A stretch of DNA of 64,000 nt from Thermoanaerobaculia bacterium. GTDB lineage: Bacteria > Acidobacteriota > Thermoanaerobaculia > UBA5066. The number at the start of each line of letters is the position of its first letter. Position 1 is the stretch's first letter. The notes below the pieces were generated by a model. That model was not told the DNA's origin. It worked only from the letters and a program-made list of their open reading frames with translations, and did not search any database. The translations under genes were made by a program, and so were the position numbers. The stretch covers positions 1 to 64,000 of the forward strand of contig CAWFJJ010000021.1 of assembly GCA_963816185.1 (NCBI GenBank), in the 5' to 3' direction. This document shows, one piece after another, positions 1 to 10,139 of this stretch.

Positions 1-33
1 TTTTCGGGTGTTGCGCTACCCTCGGTCCAACTG

Positions 34-1905
34 ATGCCGGAAAGTCCAAGAATGGCCGGCCGGGCGGGTCTCTTCTGGACGCTCCTGCCGTACCTCGTTT
101 TCGCGGTCCTCTTCGTCGCGACGTTCAGGCGCTGGATCCTGCCGTTCGAGGATTCGGGCCGCGAGATGAACACGGCTCTTCGGCTCGCCGACGGCGAAGC
201 GCTCTATCGCGACGTCGGCTACCCCTACGGTCCGCTTCCCCCCGTCATCGACGGTCTCCTGCTCCGAACGTTCGGCCGAAGCCTCGACGTCCTCGTCGTG
301 TGGCGAACGATCCTCGCCTTGTTGGGCGTGGAGGCGCTCCGTCGTCTCGCGCGCCGGCTCGCCCCAGGCGAATCGCTCGCTGCAGCCATCTGCTCCTTCA
401 CGGTCGCCGCATGCGCATTCGGCGTGGGCAGCTCGTGGCCGTTCCCATACAGCGTGGCGGCCTTGGCCGGGACCGTCGGCGGGTGGTGGGCACTCGAGCT
501 CGCGTTGGCTTCAAAGTCGCAGGCCGGGTCGATCGCCGCCGGGGTCGTCGCGGGCCTCGCGGCGGGGACCAAGCTCGAGATCGTGCCGCTCGCTCTTCTG
601 GGTCCTCTCCTCGTCCTCGCTCTGAGTCGCCCGCGCAAGGAAACCGTCTCCGCTGGCGCCTGGATGCTGGGAACGGCCGCAATCGCGTATGCCGTTCCGA
701 TCGTCCGGTTCGGCGCGGACATGATGAAACGCCAGGGCTTTCTCGTCGCGCTCTCGGTCCCGGAATCCTGGCGACGCGTTTACGAGGGCGTGCTCTTTGG
801 CGGGCTGACTCCGGCGGCGTTCGCGCGTGGAGGATTTCGTGACGTTCTCTTCCCGTCGGCGGTCGCAGTCGCGCTCGCCCTTCTGCTCCGAGACGGAGGA
901 AGGACGTTCAACGTCGCTCTCATGCCGCTCCTGTTCGTGGTCGGGGGCCTCACGTTCCTCTCGCCCGGCAACGGCTGGTTGCACGCTCTCCTACCTCTCG
1001 CAGCCTGCGTTGCGATCGCCAGCCTCGTCCGGACTGCGATCGCCTGGCGTCATGGAGACTCTTCTCTCGATTTGGCGGCTGTCGGAGTCGCCCTCGTCAT
1101 GCTCCCCGCGCTCGTACGCCAGCCCTTTTTCCTCCGAAATCCGGTGTACGGCGCCTTTTCGGCCCCTTTCGCACTCGTGGTCGCGCTCTGCTGGATCGGC
1201 CGGCACTCGCGTGCGCGAAACGCGATAGCGGCCCTCGTTCTGGGCCTGTCGGCAGCGCAGATCGGCCTGCGAGTTCAGGGAATCGGAATGGCCGCAATGA
1301 CACGGACGGAGCTTCCGGGCGCCTCACTATTCCTCGTGCCGGCGGAATCACACTTCGTGACCGAGGCGGCGCGCGTCATTCGAGAGATCGTGCCGGAGGG
1401 TGGAACGATCGGCATCTTTCCGGAGCCCGGGTTCCTTCTGTTCGTAACAGGCCGCAAGAACCCGTTTGTAAACGAGTTCTTCCTGCCTGGAGTCCAGGAC
1501 GCCGCGGCGGAAGACCTGATGATTCGTCGGCTTCGCGAGCGCCCGCCCGACGCCCTTCTCGTGACGAACCGCGCTTACCCGGAGTTCGGGGGCGCGGTCT
1601 ACGGACACGGGCTCCTCGATCGGTTCTTTGCGGAGGTTTCCAGGCGTTACGTGCCCGCGCGGCGAATCGGCGGGGAGGCGGGACCGGTTCCGCTGCGGCA
1701 CGCGTCGGAGGGGCTGCTCCTCCTGCCGCGGGCCGGCGCGGCAGGGGGACGAACCCGTAAGATCACCGGATGCAGGCCACGACTCGCGCCGACGGTTCCG
1801 TCGACGTCGCCGTTGGCGCGAGGATCGCGGTCCTCTCGTCTCTTCTCCTCATTCTCGTCAAGCTTCCTTTGCTCGCCCTCGCCGCGCTTCGGGCGCGAAT
1901 CGTGA
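34..1905 (+). CDS. Polytopic membrane protein, GT-C fold (ArnT/PMT-like) glycosyltransferase candidate; true stop may be TAA 1758-1760 if the G5 run at 1744-1748 is really G6
   Basis: First TM followed by loop with EDSGRE...GEALYRDVGYPYGPL, many TM helices, soluble C-terminal domain; low-information tail overlaps the next gene by 136 nt. Confidence 0.7.
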   Translation: MPESPRMAGRAGLFWTLLPYLVFAVLFVATFRRWILPFEDSGREMNTALRLADGEALYRDVGYPYGPLPPVIDGLLLRTFGRSLDVLVVWRTILALLGVEALRRLARRLAPGESLAAAICSFTVAACAFGVGSSWPFPYSVAALAGTVGGWWALELALASKSQAGSIAAGVVAGLAAGTKLEIVPLALLGPLLVLALSRPRKETVSAGAWMLGTAAIAYAVPIVRFGADMMKRQGFLVALSVPESWRRVYEGVLFGGLTPAAFARGGFRDVLFPSAVAVALALLLRDGGRTFNVALMPLLFVVGGLTFLSPGNGWLHALLPLAACVAIASLVRTAIAWRHGDSSLDLAAVGVALVMLPALVRQPFFLRNPVYGAFSAPFALVVALCWIGRHSRARNAIAALVLGLSAAQIGLRVQGIGMAAMTRTELPGASLFLVPAESHFVTEAARVIREIVPEGGTIGIFPEPGFLLFVTGRKNPFVNEFFLPGVQDAAAEDLMIRRLRERPPDALLVTNRAYPEFGGAVYGHGLLDRFFAEVSRRYVPARRIGGEAGPVPLRHASEGLLLLPRAGAAGGRTRKITGCRPRLAPTVPSTSPLARGSRSSRLFSSFSSSFLCSPSPRFGRES

Positions 1906-3476
1906 TGGACGAGTTTTTCCAGGCGGCACTTTCCATCGTGATTCCAGACGGCTTCTACCACGGCTACGACCCGGTCAAGACGGTGCTCTACGCCTACGTC
2001 TTCGACCTCGCACGACGTGTCACGCACGACGCAGCCTCGTTGATGCTTGCAGCACGCGTTGAAGGCCTCGCCCTTGCTCTGATCGTGGCCTTCCTCGTCG
2101 GATGGATTGGCAAGCGGCTCGGGCGGACGACTCCGGAGACCCTGTTCGGCGTCGCCGTCCTCCTGTCGTTTTCCAACTTCATGGAACGTTCGTTTCGCGT
2201 TCGCTCCGACTCGGTCTCCGTTTTCTTCATCGCCGGCGCGATGACGGCCGCGACGTGGGCGGGAGTGCCTCCGGCCGCCGTCTCAGGAGTGCTGGCTGGA
2301 GCGGCATTTTTGAGCACCCAGAAGGCGGCTTTTGCCGTCGCCGCCCTGGGTATTGGATGGGTATCGGGCGCCCTGCGTCCGGCCTCGAGAATCAGGGCAC
2401 GTGGGGAGGCCCTTGCGTTTGTCGCTGCCTTTTCAGCGGCCGTCCTCGGTTACGCGGCGTGGTTCGGAGGCTTCGGCACCGGCGCCCTCGCAGTCGTGAG
2501 GATGGTGTTTCTGAGTCCCCTCGATTTCGCCGCTCATAGCCTCACGTATTACAGCGGGTTGAAGATGTACGCCGCCCAGACACTCGGACGTAACGTGCTT
2601 CCCTATGCTCTTTGCGCGGCCGGCGTCCTGCTCTCGGCCCTTCGGATCGGGGAACTCTCTGACGCTGCCCGCCGCCTCCTTATCGTGGCTCTCGTCGTGC
2701 CGCCGTGCGTGTTCCTTGGGGTGCAGACGTGGCCGTACGTCTTCGTGCTTCCGATCGTCACGCTCGCCGTGTTCAGTCCCGAGGTGCCGCGCTTCGTTGC
2801 GCGTCGAGCGCCAGGGCTCGCGGTGCCCGTCCTTCTCGTCCTCCTGGCAGGCCTCACGTTTTCCATTCCCCGAAACGTAAGATATCTGCGCGCTTCGAAC
2901 GAAGACCAGCTGAGCATCGTTCGAGTGGTCGAGAGCCTTCTCGGACCTGAGGATCGTTACCTCGATGGCACCTGGATGATCGCCACGCGCCGGCATGCTG
3001 GAATGATCTGGTGGGATGCTCAGGGCATCCAGGCCATCGTCGAGTCGGCCAAGAGAGGAGACTTCACCGAGCTCGACGCGGCATTCGTCGAACAACCCAA
3101 GGTTGTCATTCTCAACTATCGAACGCAGGCGCTTGGGCCTCTTCTGATGCGGTATGTCGTCCGCTCCTACGTCCGCGCCGCCCCGAATGCGCTTCTTTCC
3201 GGCACGCGAATCGACGGCGCGAGCGAGGTGCTGTTCGAGAACCGCTGGGCGGGCACCTATCGGCTTTACGATGCGAAGGGACGTCCCTGGGACGCCGCGT
3301 TTCGCCTGGACGGGGACGCGGTGGCCGGCGATGTCCGTGTCGGGCTCGGGCCTCATCGTGTGGCGCTCCGGGACTCGGCGGGGCCGGGGTTTCTGTTCCC
3401 GGCCGGCTTGAGCCTCCCGGGGGCGCTTCCCGAGACGCGACTCCCCGAAGACGTGTTCCGCGGGGTTTATGACTGA
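1770..3476 (+). CDS. Polytopic membrane protein, GT-C-like glycosyltransferase candidate
   Basis: TM1 then IVMDEF acidic motif, VRSD and STQK motifs, about 11 hydrophobic segments, soluble C-terminus. Confidence 0.65.
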   Translation: MQATTRADGSVDVAVGARIAVLSSLLLILVKLPLLALAALRARIVMDEFFQAALSIVIPDGFYHGYDPVKTVLYAYVFDLARRVTHDAASLMLAARVEGLALALIVAFLVGWIGKRLGRTTPETLFGVAVLLSFSNFMERSFRVRSDSVSVFFIAGAMTAATWAGVPPAAVSGVLAGAAFLSTQKAAFAVAALGIGWVSGALRPASRIRARGEALAFVAAFSAAVLGYAAWFGGFGTGALAVVRMVFLSPLDFAAHSLTYYSGLKMYAAQTLGRNVLPYALCAAGVLLSALRIGELSDAARRLLIVALVVPPCVFLGVQTWPYVFVLPIVTLAVFSPEVPRFVARRAPGLAVPVLLVLLAGLTFSIPRNVRYLRASNEDQLSIVRVVESLLGPEDRYLDGTWMIATRRHAGMIWWDAQGIQAIVESAKRGDFTELDAAFVEQPKVVILNYRTQALGPLLMRYVVRSYVRAAPNALLSGTRIDGASEVLFENRWAGTYRLYDAKGRPWDAAFRLDGDAVAGDVRVGLGPHRVALRDSAGPGFLFPAGLSLPGALPETRLPEDVFRGVYD

Positions 3477-5697
3477 CGCCGCAACTCCCGGGCGAGCCTC
3501 TCAGCCGTGGCTCTCGGTGGTGGTCCCGACATACAACGGAGGGCGCTATCTCGCCCGTGCTCTTGCGTCGATCGAATCCCAGGGCCGCGCATGCAACGAC
3601 CTCGAGATCCTCGTCATCGATGATGGTTCCACGGACTCGACGCTCGACATCGTGCGACGTTTCGGCCGGCGGCTCCCCATTCGCGTTCTTCCTTCGGAAC
3701 GTACGGGAAACTGGGTCGCGAACACCAACCGCGCCCTCTCGGAAGCCTCGGGCCGGTACATCGGCTTTCTACATCAGGACGACGCGTGGCTCCCGGGGCG
3801 TGTCACCGCTTTGAAGAGTCTTCTCGCGAAGCATCCCGGCGCGGCGATGGTGCTGCACCCAGTCTGGTTCATCGATGCGTCCGGCTGGAGGCTCGGGAGG
3901 TGGCATTGCCCGCTGCCCGAGGATGGGAAGCCGCTTCCGCCGGCATGCGTGGTCGAACGGCTCCTCGTGCAGAACTTCGTCGCGCTTCCGGCGCCGGTCG
4001 TAAGCCGGCGCTTCGCGCGGGAGGCGGGAGGACTGGACGAACGTCTCTGGTATTCGGCTGACTGGGATTTCTGGCTGAAGATCGCGGCGCGTGGCGAGAC
4101 GCTTTACTCACCGCTTCTCCTGGCGTGCTTTCGCGTTCACGGCCGCTCACAGACCGTCGCCGCGGCGGCGCGCCCGGCGGAGATGCGCCGGCAGCTCGAG
4201 GAGGTGTTGCGCCGGCATTCGGGTGCGGGGAAAGGAGCGAGCGTCGCGCTCTCCGCGGTTCGGGCCGCGAACCTGTCCATCGACGTGAACTGCCTCCTCG
4301 CCGGCCGGGGCCGCGGATGGCCTCGCGTTCTCCGAAGAGCGGCGGCGCTCTCCCGGTCCGAATGGCACCGGTTCCTTCGCGACTCGCGGCTCCGGGAGCG
4401 CCTCGGAGCGAGAGTCGTGGGCCTCCTTGGGACGTCGCGAGGACCAAGGCTGGACGGTGGCTTCACGGAGTCTTCCGCCGGTGAGAGAGTCGAGTCGGGG
4501 TCGCCGGTGGAGCTCGCGGACGACCGGAACGCCATGCGGAAAGAACCGCTCGAGGTGACGATTCTAATTCCTTGCCGTAACGAATCGCGGACGCTCGGCG
4601 CTTGCATCGCAGCCGCGAAGGAGGGCCTGGCGCGCGAAGGTCTTACGGGCGAGATTCTCATCGCAGACGATGGAAGCGAGGACGGGTCGCCCGAAGAGGC
4701 GCGCCGCCACGGCGCGCGCCTCGTGACAGCCTCTGAGACCGGCTATGGAGGCGCGATGCGCGCGGGGATCGAGGCCGCACGGGGTGCACGCATCGTGACA
4801 GGCGGAGGAGACGGAAGCGACGACTTCACCCTGGTCGGGCGATTCCTCGCCGCGCTGGATGCGGGCGCCGATTTGGTGGTGGGATGCCGGCTGCCCTCGG
4901 GCGGCGGGCGTTCTCGGCCCGGTGCGATCTCGTGGCAGAACAGACTCATCCTGCTGCCCCTGCTCTCGTGGCTCTCCCGCCTTCTGTTCGGCACGAAGCT
5001 TCGGGACGTCGTTTGCGGCTTTCGCGCTTTCCGCCGCGATGCGATCCTCGGGCTCGACCTCCGCACCAACGGCTTCGAATACTCCTCCGAGATGACGCTC
5101 AAGGCGGCACGCGGTGGCCTCAAGATCGCCGAGATCCCCGTCGTCGCGAGTTCTTCGGAACCGTCCGGAGGGAGCGCGGGCGGAGCGCGTCGGGGTTGGC
5201 GACACCTCCGCTTCATGCTTCTCTTTTCGCCCAGGTGGCTCTTCTTTCTGCCGGGCGCCTCGAGTGTTCTGTTCGGAGCGCTGCTCGGGACACGGCTCTT
5301 GTTCCGACCGCTTCGGTTCTCAGGGTTCGTCCTCGACACGAACAGCCTCCTCGTCTGCTCCATGGCGATCGTCGTCGGGATTCAGCTCTGTCTTTTCGCC
5401 GTCTTCGCGGAGATCTTCTCCGTCACGGAAGGACTGACCGCTCCCTCGCCACGCTACCCGATTCTCTTTCGCATCTTCACTCTGGAACGCGGTCTGGTGG
5501 CCGGGGTGACGCTCCTGGCGGCGGGCGTCGCGCTGATCGCCCGCGCGATGCAGCTGTGGAGCAGCGCGCACTTCGGAGGGATCTCGTATTCGGAGAGCCT
5601 GCGCATCGTGATCCCGGCGGTCACGTGCGTGACCGTGGGAACGCAGATCGTTTTTTCGAGCTTCTTTTTGAGCATCCTGGGCCTTCGCCGGAGGTGA
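3469..5697 (+). CDS. Tandem double GT2 glycosyltransferase with C-terminal TM helices
   Basis: Domain 1 SVVVPTYN..IDDGSTD..FLHQDD; domain 2 TILIPCRNE..ADDGSED..CGFRAFRR..GFEYSSEM (DPM/GtrB-like) plus TM tail. Confidence 0.85.
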   Translation: MTDAATPGRASQPWLSVVVPTYNGGRYLARALASIESQGRACNDLEILVIDDGSTDSTLDIVRRFGRRLPIRVLPSERTGNWVANTNRALSEASGRYIGFLHQDDAWLPGRVTALKSLLAKHPGAAMVLHPVWFIDASGWRLGRWHCPLPEDGKPLPPACVVERLLVQNFVALPAPVVSRRFAREAGGLDERLWYSADWDFWLKIAARGETLYSPLLLACFRVHGRSQTVAAAARPAEMRRQLEEVLRRHSGAGKGASVALSAVRAANLSIDVNCLLAGRGRGWPRVLRRAAALSRSEWHRFLRDSRLRERLGARVVGLLGTSRGPRLDGGFTESSAGERVESGSPVELADDRNAMRKEPLEVTILIPCRNESRTLGACIAAAKEGLAREGLTGEILIADDGSEDGSPEEARRHGARLVTASETGYGGAMRAGIEAARGARIVTGGGDGSDDFTLVGRFLAALDAGADLVVGCRLPSGGGRSRPGAISWQNRLILLPLLSWLSRLLFGTKLRDVVCGFRAFRRDAILGLDLRTNGFEYSSEMTLKAARGGLKIAEIPVVASSSEPSGGSAGGARRGWRHLRFMLLFSPRWLFFLPGASSVLFGALLGTRLLFRPLRFSGFVLDTNSLLVCSMAIVVGIQLCLFAVFAEIFSVTEGLTAPSPRYPILFRIFTLERGLVAGVTLLAAGVALIARAMQLWSSAHFGGISYSESLRIVIPAVTCVTVGTQIVFSSFFLSILGLRRR

Positions 5698-5699
5698 CG

Positions 5700-5988
5700 A
5701 TGAACGTATCTCAATCACTCTTTGGCCGGCGGTGCGGCTAGAATGGGCTGTACAAGGAAGACCTGCCGGCGGGCTCGAGAAGGCGTTGGCCGAGTTCCTT
5801 CACTTGACGCACGGCAGCCGTTTCGCTTCGAGAGCGATCCACCCTATCCCTATGACGTCGCCCGACGAGTTCCGGACACGAGAAAGGCGAAGGGAGTTCT
5901 CGGTTTTGAGGCGAAAACGGGTCTCTCGGAGATGCTTGACGAGGTCATTCCCTGGATCCGGCGGGAGATCGCGGAGGGAGGCATCTGA
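5700..5988 (+). pseudogene. Remnant of NAD-dependent epimerase/dehydratase (extended SDR); only C-terminal ~55 codons clearly recognisable
   Basis: DPPYPYDVARRVPDTRKAKGVLGFEAKTGLSEMLDEVIPWI matches the extended-SDR C-terminus; no intact Rossmann or YxxxK region in the available space. Confidence 0.65.
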
Positions 5989-5989
5989 C

Positions 5990-6694
5990 CGGCGCGCCGC
6001 AGCCGGGGAGCGTTTCCCAGGTCGAAGGGCGTTACTTCGATCTCCTCGTGAAAGAGCGCGGCGAGTTCGACCCCTTCTCGCCGCGGGGCTGGAGAACGAT
6101 CGCGAGGCGCTTCGCCGAGATGGTCCCTTCCTGTAGGCTCTCGCGTCTGCTCGACGTTGGGTGCGGGACGGGGCAGTCCCGCCAGATCTATGAGGACCGC
6201 ACCGGCGGATACGTCGGCATCGATCTCTCCTTCGAGGCGCTCTCCGTGGCGCGCCAGAAACTCTCCGCGGCGGACTGGGGCCAGGCCGACGCTTGCCGGC
6301 TTCCTTTCACGGACTGCTCGTTCGACGCGGTGGCTTTCCGCTCTGAGCAGCCTGATGCCGGGCGGGAGAGTCTTCGCCTTCGACCCGAATCTGCTTCGTC
6401 CGGCGATGGCGCTTCTGCGCTGGCCAAAAAGCCCCTTCTACCCGTCAGAAGGTGTCAGTCCGAACGAGGCGCTGCTCCTGCCCGCGGTCCTCCGCCTTCG
6501 AAGCAGCCGGGTTCGTCGAGGTCCGTCAGCGCTGCCAGTCGGATATCCCTTATCGGCAAGTTGCACCGCGTCTGATGAACGCCTGCCTGTCGCTTTAAAG
6601 CGCTGGGGACTGGATCTTCGAACGGATCGGCCTCGGCCGCTGGTTCGGGACGTTCGTCCTGACAGCTGGCCGCAAGGCGATCGAGGTGCGGTGA
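5990..6694 (+). pseudogene. Class I SAM-dependent methyltransferase pseudogene
   Basis: LLDVGCGTG..GIDLS..ADACRLPFTDCSFDAV in one frame, PGGRVFAFDPN in a second, QSDIPYRQVAPRLMNACLSL*SAGDWIFERIGLGRWFGTFVLTAGRK in a third with internal TAA. Confidence 0.8.
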
Positions 6695-6696
6695 GC

Positions 6697-7497
6697 ATGA
6701 CCGCCGACGCGAAGGCGAAATTCGGCGCCCCCTCGCTTCCAGAGCATCCTCGGTACTCGCTGGTTGTGCCGGTCTACAACGAGGCGGAGAACATCACCTC
6801 CTTTTGCAAGGCGCTTGCAGACCTTCCCGCGGGTCATGAGGTCCTGATCTGTCATGACTTCGAGGGCGACGATACGCTGGCGGCGCTCGACCGTCTGCCG
6901 CGCGAGGAAAAGCCCGAGTTCTTGCGTTGTGTCCTGAACACGCTCGGCCCGGGCGTGCGTTACGCGATCGAGGCGGGGATGCGGGAGGCCGCCGCTCCGG
7001 TTGTCGTCGTGACAATGGCCGACATTTCCGACGACTTCACCCGGGTCGAGGCGATGGTCTCCGGCGTCGAAGCTGGCGCCGACGTCGTGTGCGCAAGCCG
7101 TTACATGCCGGGCGGCCGGCAAATCGGGGGGCCGAGGATCAAAGCGATGCTGAGCCGCATGGCGGGCCTGACCCTTCATTGGCTCTCGGGGTTGCCCACG
7201 CGCGACCCAATCAACAGCTTCAAGGCCTACAGCCGGGAGTTTCTGCGGCGTACGCGGATCGAGAGCCCGGCGGGCTTCGCGCTCGCGATGGAGCTTACGG
7301 TCAAGGCCCATTTCGGCGGAGGGCGCGTGGAGGAGGTGCCCGCTACCTGGAGGGGGCGCACGAAGGGGACGAGCCGCTTTCGCCTCTTTTCCTGTCTGCC
7401 TCTCTACCTCCACTGGTACTTCTGGGCTCTCCGGCGGCGATGGATCCGATCCGGGCCGGCGAGGCGCGTCCCGCGAGATCGGCAGCGCAACCGGTGA
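6697..7497 (+). CDS. GT2 polyprenol-phosphate glycosyltransferase (DPM1-like)
   Basis: SLVVPVYNEAENI, MADISDD, ASRYMPGG, DPINSFKAY, EEVPATW; start reassigned to ATG 6697. Confidence 0.85.
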   Translation: MTADAKAKFGAPSLPEHPRYSLVVPVYNEAENITSFCKALADLPAGHEVLICHDFEGDDTLAALDRLPREEKPEFLRCVLNTLGPGVRYAIEAGMREAAAPVVVVTMADISDDFTRVEAMVSGVEAGADVVCASRYMPGGRQIGGPRIKAMLSRMAGLTLHWLSGLPTRDPINSFKAYSREFLRRTRIESPAGFALAMELTVKAHFGGGRVEEVPATWRGRTKGTSRFRLFSCLPLYLHWYFWALRRRWIRSGPARRVPRDRQRNR

Positions 7498-9218
7498 AAG
7501 CGGGCAGCCTCGTTCCCCGGCTTCTGACGGCGCTCCTCCTCGCCGCGTCGGCCCTCGGTCTTCTGTCGGTCCCGGTCAATGTCTACGACGACAGTCTCAT
7601 GCTGCTGGGTGCCCGACTTGTCGCTGGCGGGAGAACCCCATACATCGACTTCTACACGCACTACGGTCCGCTCGGTTACACGATCCTGGCTTTCCTTGTC
7701 CGTCTCTTCGGGAATCCGGGACTGGCGCTGCGAATGGGAGCAATCCTTCTGCTCGCGGGGATGGCCATCCTCTGTCATGCCCTTTTCCGTTCGCGGCAGC
7801 CCGAGAGCCCTCTTCGAGAGTACCCCGTCCCTTTCCTGATCGCGGCGGTCTCCGCTGTCGCGATTCAGGCCGACTTCCTCGGGTTCGCATTCGCAACAGA
7901 GGTCGTCGTCCTCTTTCTCCTCGCTCGAAGCGCACCTGAGGGGCTCCGCGCAACCACTCTCAACGTCGCGGCCGGCGCTGTGCTGGCGGCCTGTGTCCTG
8001 ATCCGTCCCGCCTTCGGCGCCTACTGCGCCGGCACGCTTCTGTTTCTGGAGACCGCCGGCCGGCCTCGCTTCGGCGGCTCGCGGAATTCTCTCGCGGCGC
8101 TCGCCGTGTTCTTCGGGTCCGCCGTCTGCTTCGCCCTATTCCTCTGGTCGTGTCTCTATCGGGGGATCTCGCTGCCCGTGGCGTTCAATGCCACGATCGT
8201 CACGCCGGCCCGCCTGGTGGGCGCTGGGGGGACGCGCTATCTCGATCCGGAGTTCCTCCTGGGCGCTGGAACCAATTCTCTCGGCCTCGTGAGGGCAATC
8301 GCGACCGGGGCGGGCCTGTTCGCGACGACGATCGCGTGGACGATCGCCGTTTCGCGGGGGAAGACGCGTCGCCTTGCCGCGGCCTTCGTCGTCGCAGGGG
8401 GCATCCTGCCGCTCCTGCCTGCGGTTTCGGAGCACCCCGCTCGGGACGCCGGGTTTCTCTCGCTGACGTTCTTCGTTCTGGCCTGCTGCCTCGTCTTCTC
8501 CGCCCGGCGCGCGCTACAGGAATCCGCTCTCCTGCGGGCTTCCGCGACATTCGGCCTCGTGGCGGCGGCGTTCGGGCACTATTTCTGGGCGCGCGCGGAT
8601 ATGTCCCACCTGCTTCCCATGCTGACCCTTGCCCTCGTGGGAGCGGCGCTCGTGCTGGCGTCTCTTCGCCCCGCGGGCCGCGTCGCCGTGATCGGTCTGT
8701 TCCTCTTCACGTCCGTTTCGGCTGCGCCGTCCTTATTCTTCCCCGCGGCCCTGCTTCTGAATCGCGACGTTGCCGCAAGCCTCCGTCCCTGGCGATGCAC
8801 CCTCGTTCGAACGGACGCAAAAATGGCTGTCGCCTACGCCGACAGTAGCGCGGAACCAAATAGTCGTTTCGTGGCGGTGGGCTCGAGCCAGGCCTGGAGC
8901 TCAGCCGACCCGATCCTGCTCTTTGCGATTTCCTCCCGTCTCCCCTACACACGGTGGTTTCAGTATGACCCCGGCGTCCAGAGCTCCGCCGTGATCCAAC
9001 GGGAGATGGAACGGGAGTTGGAGGCCTCTGGGAGCCGAAGCGCCGTGGTGTGGAAAGCAGACAAGTATCTGGTCGACTGGGAGAATCCAAGTCGCGACGC
9101 CCGTTCTCCATTCGATGATTTCTTCGACAGGCTCTACCCGATTACCGTCGCGAGGTTTGGCGATTATGAAGTCCGAGTGCGCGCGCCCGGCGCTCCCGCC
9201 GTTGCACGCCGCGAATGA
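7494..9218 (+). CDS. Polytopic membrane protein, GT-C-like candidate
   Basis: GTGA overlap with upstream stop; NVYDD..GRTPYIDFYTHYGPL loop similar to that of the 34..1905 protein; many TM helices. Confidence 0.7.
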   Translation: MKAGSLVPRLLTALLLAASALGLLSVPVNVYDDSLMLLGARLVAGGRTPYIDFYTHYGPLGYTILAFLVRLFGNPGLALRMGAILLLAGMAILCHALFRSRQPESPLREYPVPFLIAAVSAVAIQADFLGFAFATEVVVLFLLARSAPEGLRATTLNVAAGAVLAACVLIRPAFGAYCAGTLLFLETAGRPRFGGSRNSLAALAVFFGSAVCFALFLWSCLYRGISLPVAFNATIVTPARLVGAGGTRYLDPEFLLGAGTNSLGLVRAIATGAGLFATTIAWTIAVSRGKTRRLAAAFVVAGGILPLLPAVSEHPARDAGFLSLTFFVLACCLVFSARRALQESALLRASATFGLVAAAFGHYFWARADMSHLLPMLTLALVGAALVLASLRPAGRVAVIGLFLFTSVSAAPSLFFPAALLLNRDVAASLRPWRCTLVRTDAKMAVAYADSSAEPNSRFVAVGSSQAWSSADPILLFAISSRLPYTRWFQYDPGVQSSAVIQREMERELEASGSRSAVVWKADKYLVDWENPSRDARSPFDDFFDRLYPITVARFGDYEVRVRAPGAPAVARRE

Positions 9219-9257
9219 ACGCCAAGAAATGCCCTGGAAGCCAGGATTGCCCCTCGG

Positions 9258-9854
9258 CTACCCGCGCTTCTCTCCTATCGCGACGAACTCGTTGTACTTG
9301 AATACCTTGCCGAATAGTCGAGGCAAAGGAAAAGAGTATTGCTTGGATACGCTCAGCCCGCATTCTGCCAGAATCATTGCTGCCAGGTGGGGGTCTACAA
9401 AGTTCACGTGCGTCTGATCTGAATTGTATCCTGCCTCTTGGGGAGTAATGAGCACAACTCTCCCACCGGACCTCAGATAACCTACATACTCTCTTAGGAG
9501 CGAAATGGCTTCTTTCTGTTGCAGGTGCTCGGCCACGTGCGAGAAAAGAAGCGAGTCGAAACACGACTCGACCGCATAGGAGGAGGCGCGGAATTCTTCA
9601 GGGGTGAACGCAATCAGGCCACGTGATTTTGCGATCGCGACGGAGTGTTCATTGTTGTCCACGCCCACCGCCTGGCCGCTTAGGGCAATGTTGACGAGAT
9701 TTCGGCCAATTCCACAGCCGATCTCGAGGACGAGGCCGAGCCGAAGGTGCTGCAGGTGAATGCGGTAGGGCCTTTGGACATCCAGGAGGCGCTTCCACAG
9801 CCTAGTCTGTCCCAGCAGGCGATTTGTATATTCTTCGGTTTCTGTGCCGGCCAT
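9258..9854 (-). CDS. Class I SAM-dependent methyltransferase (lower GC than neighbours)
   Basis: VLEIGCGIG, GVDNN, FSHVAEH, LRSGGRVVLITP. Confidence 0.85.
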   Translation of the reverse strand: MAGTETEEYTNRLLGQTRLWKRLLDVQRPYRIHLQHLRLGLVLEIGCGIGRNLVNIALSGQAVGVDNNEHSVAIAKSRGLIAFTPEEFRASSYAVESCFDSLLFSHVAEHLQQKEAISLLREYVGYLRSGGRVVLITPQEAGYNSDQTHVNFVDPHLAAMILAECGLSVSKQYSFPLPRLFGKVFKYNEFVAIGEKRG

Positions 9855-9922
9855 TCGAAAGGATTATATTCACGGTCGCGGCACTCCGGCCGAAGGGCGC
9901 GGCGTGGCTCATAATCGGCTCG

Positions 9923-10050
9923 ATGAAGCGCGTGACCGTCCTCGGAGCCGGTCTCGTTGGCTCGCTCAGCGCCAGAACGTTCGCCGACGACGGGCGAGTC
10001 GGAATCCTTCGTCCGCGGTCGCGCGGTGGATGCTCTCGGCTTCGTCGCCG
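9923..10050 (+). pseudogene. Degenerate duplicate of the 5' end of the saccharopine dehydrogenase gene at 15321
   Basis: MKRVTVLGAGLVGSLSARTFADDGRVGIL vs MTRVTVLGAGLVGSLIAKTLADDGRFEIL; nucleotide similarity continues through a frameshift to GGATGCTCTCGGCTT. Confidence 0.9.
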
Positions 10051-10139
10051 CTTCGGTGATCGGCCTGCCCCGCTCGATGATCTCTTCCGTGACGTCTACG
10101 AGTGACGACGAGGGCCTCGCCGTAGAATGGACGCGATGC

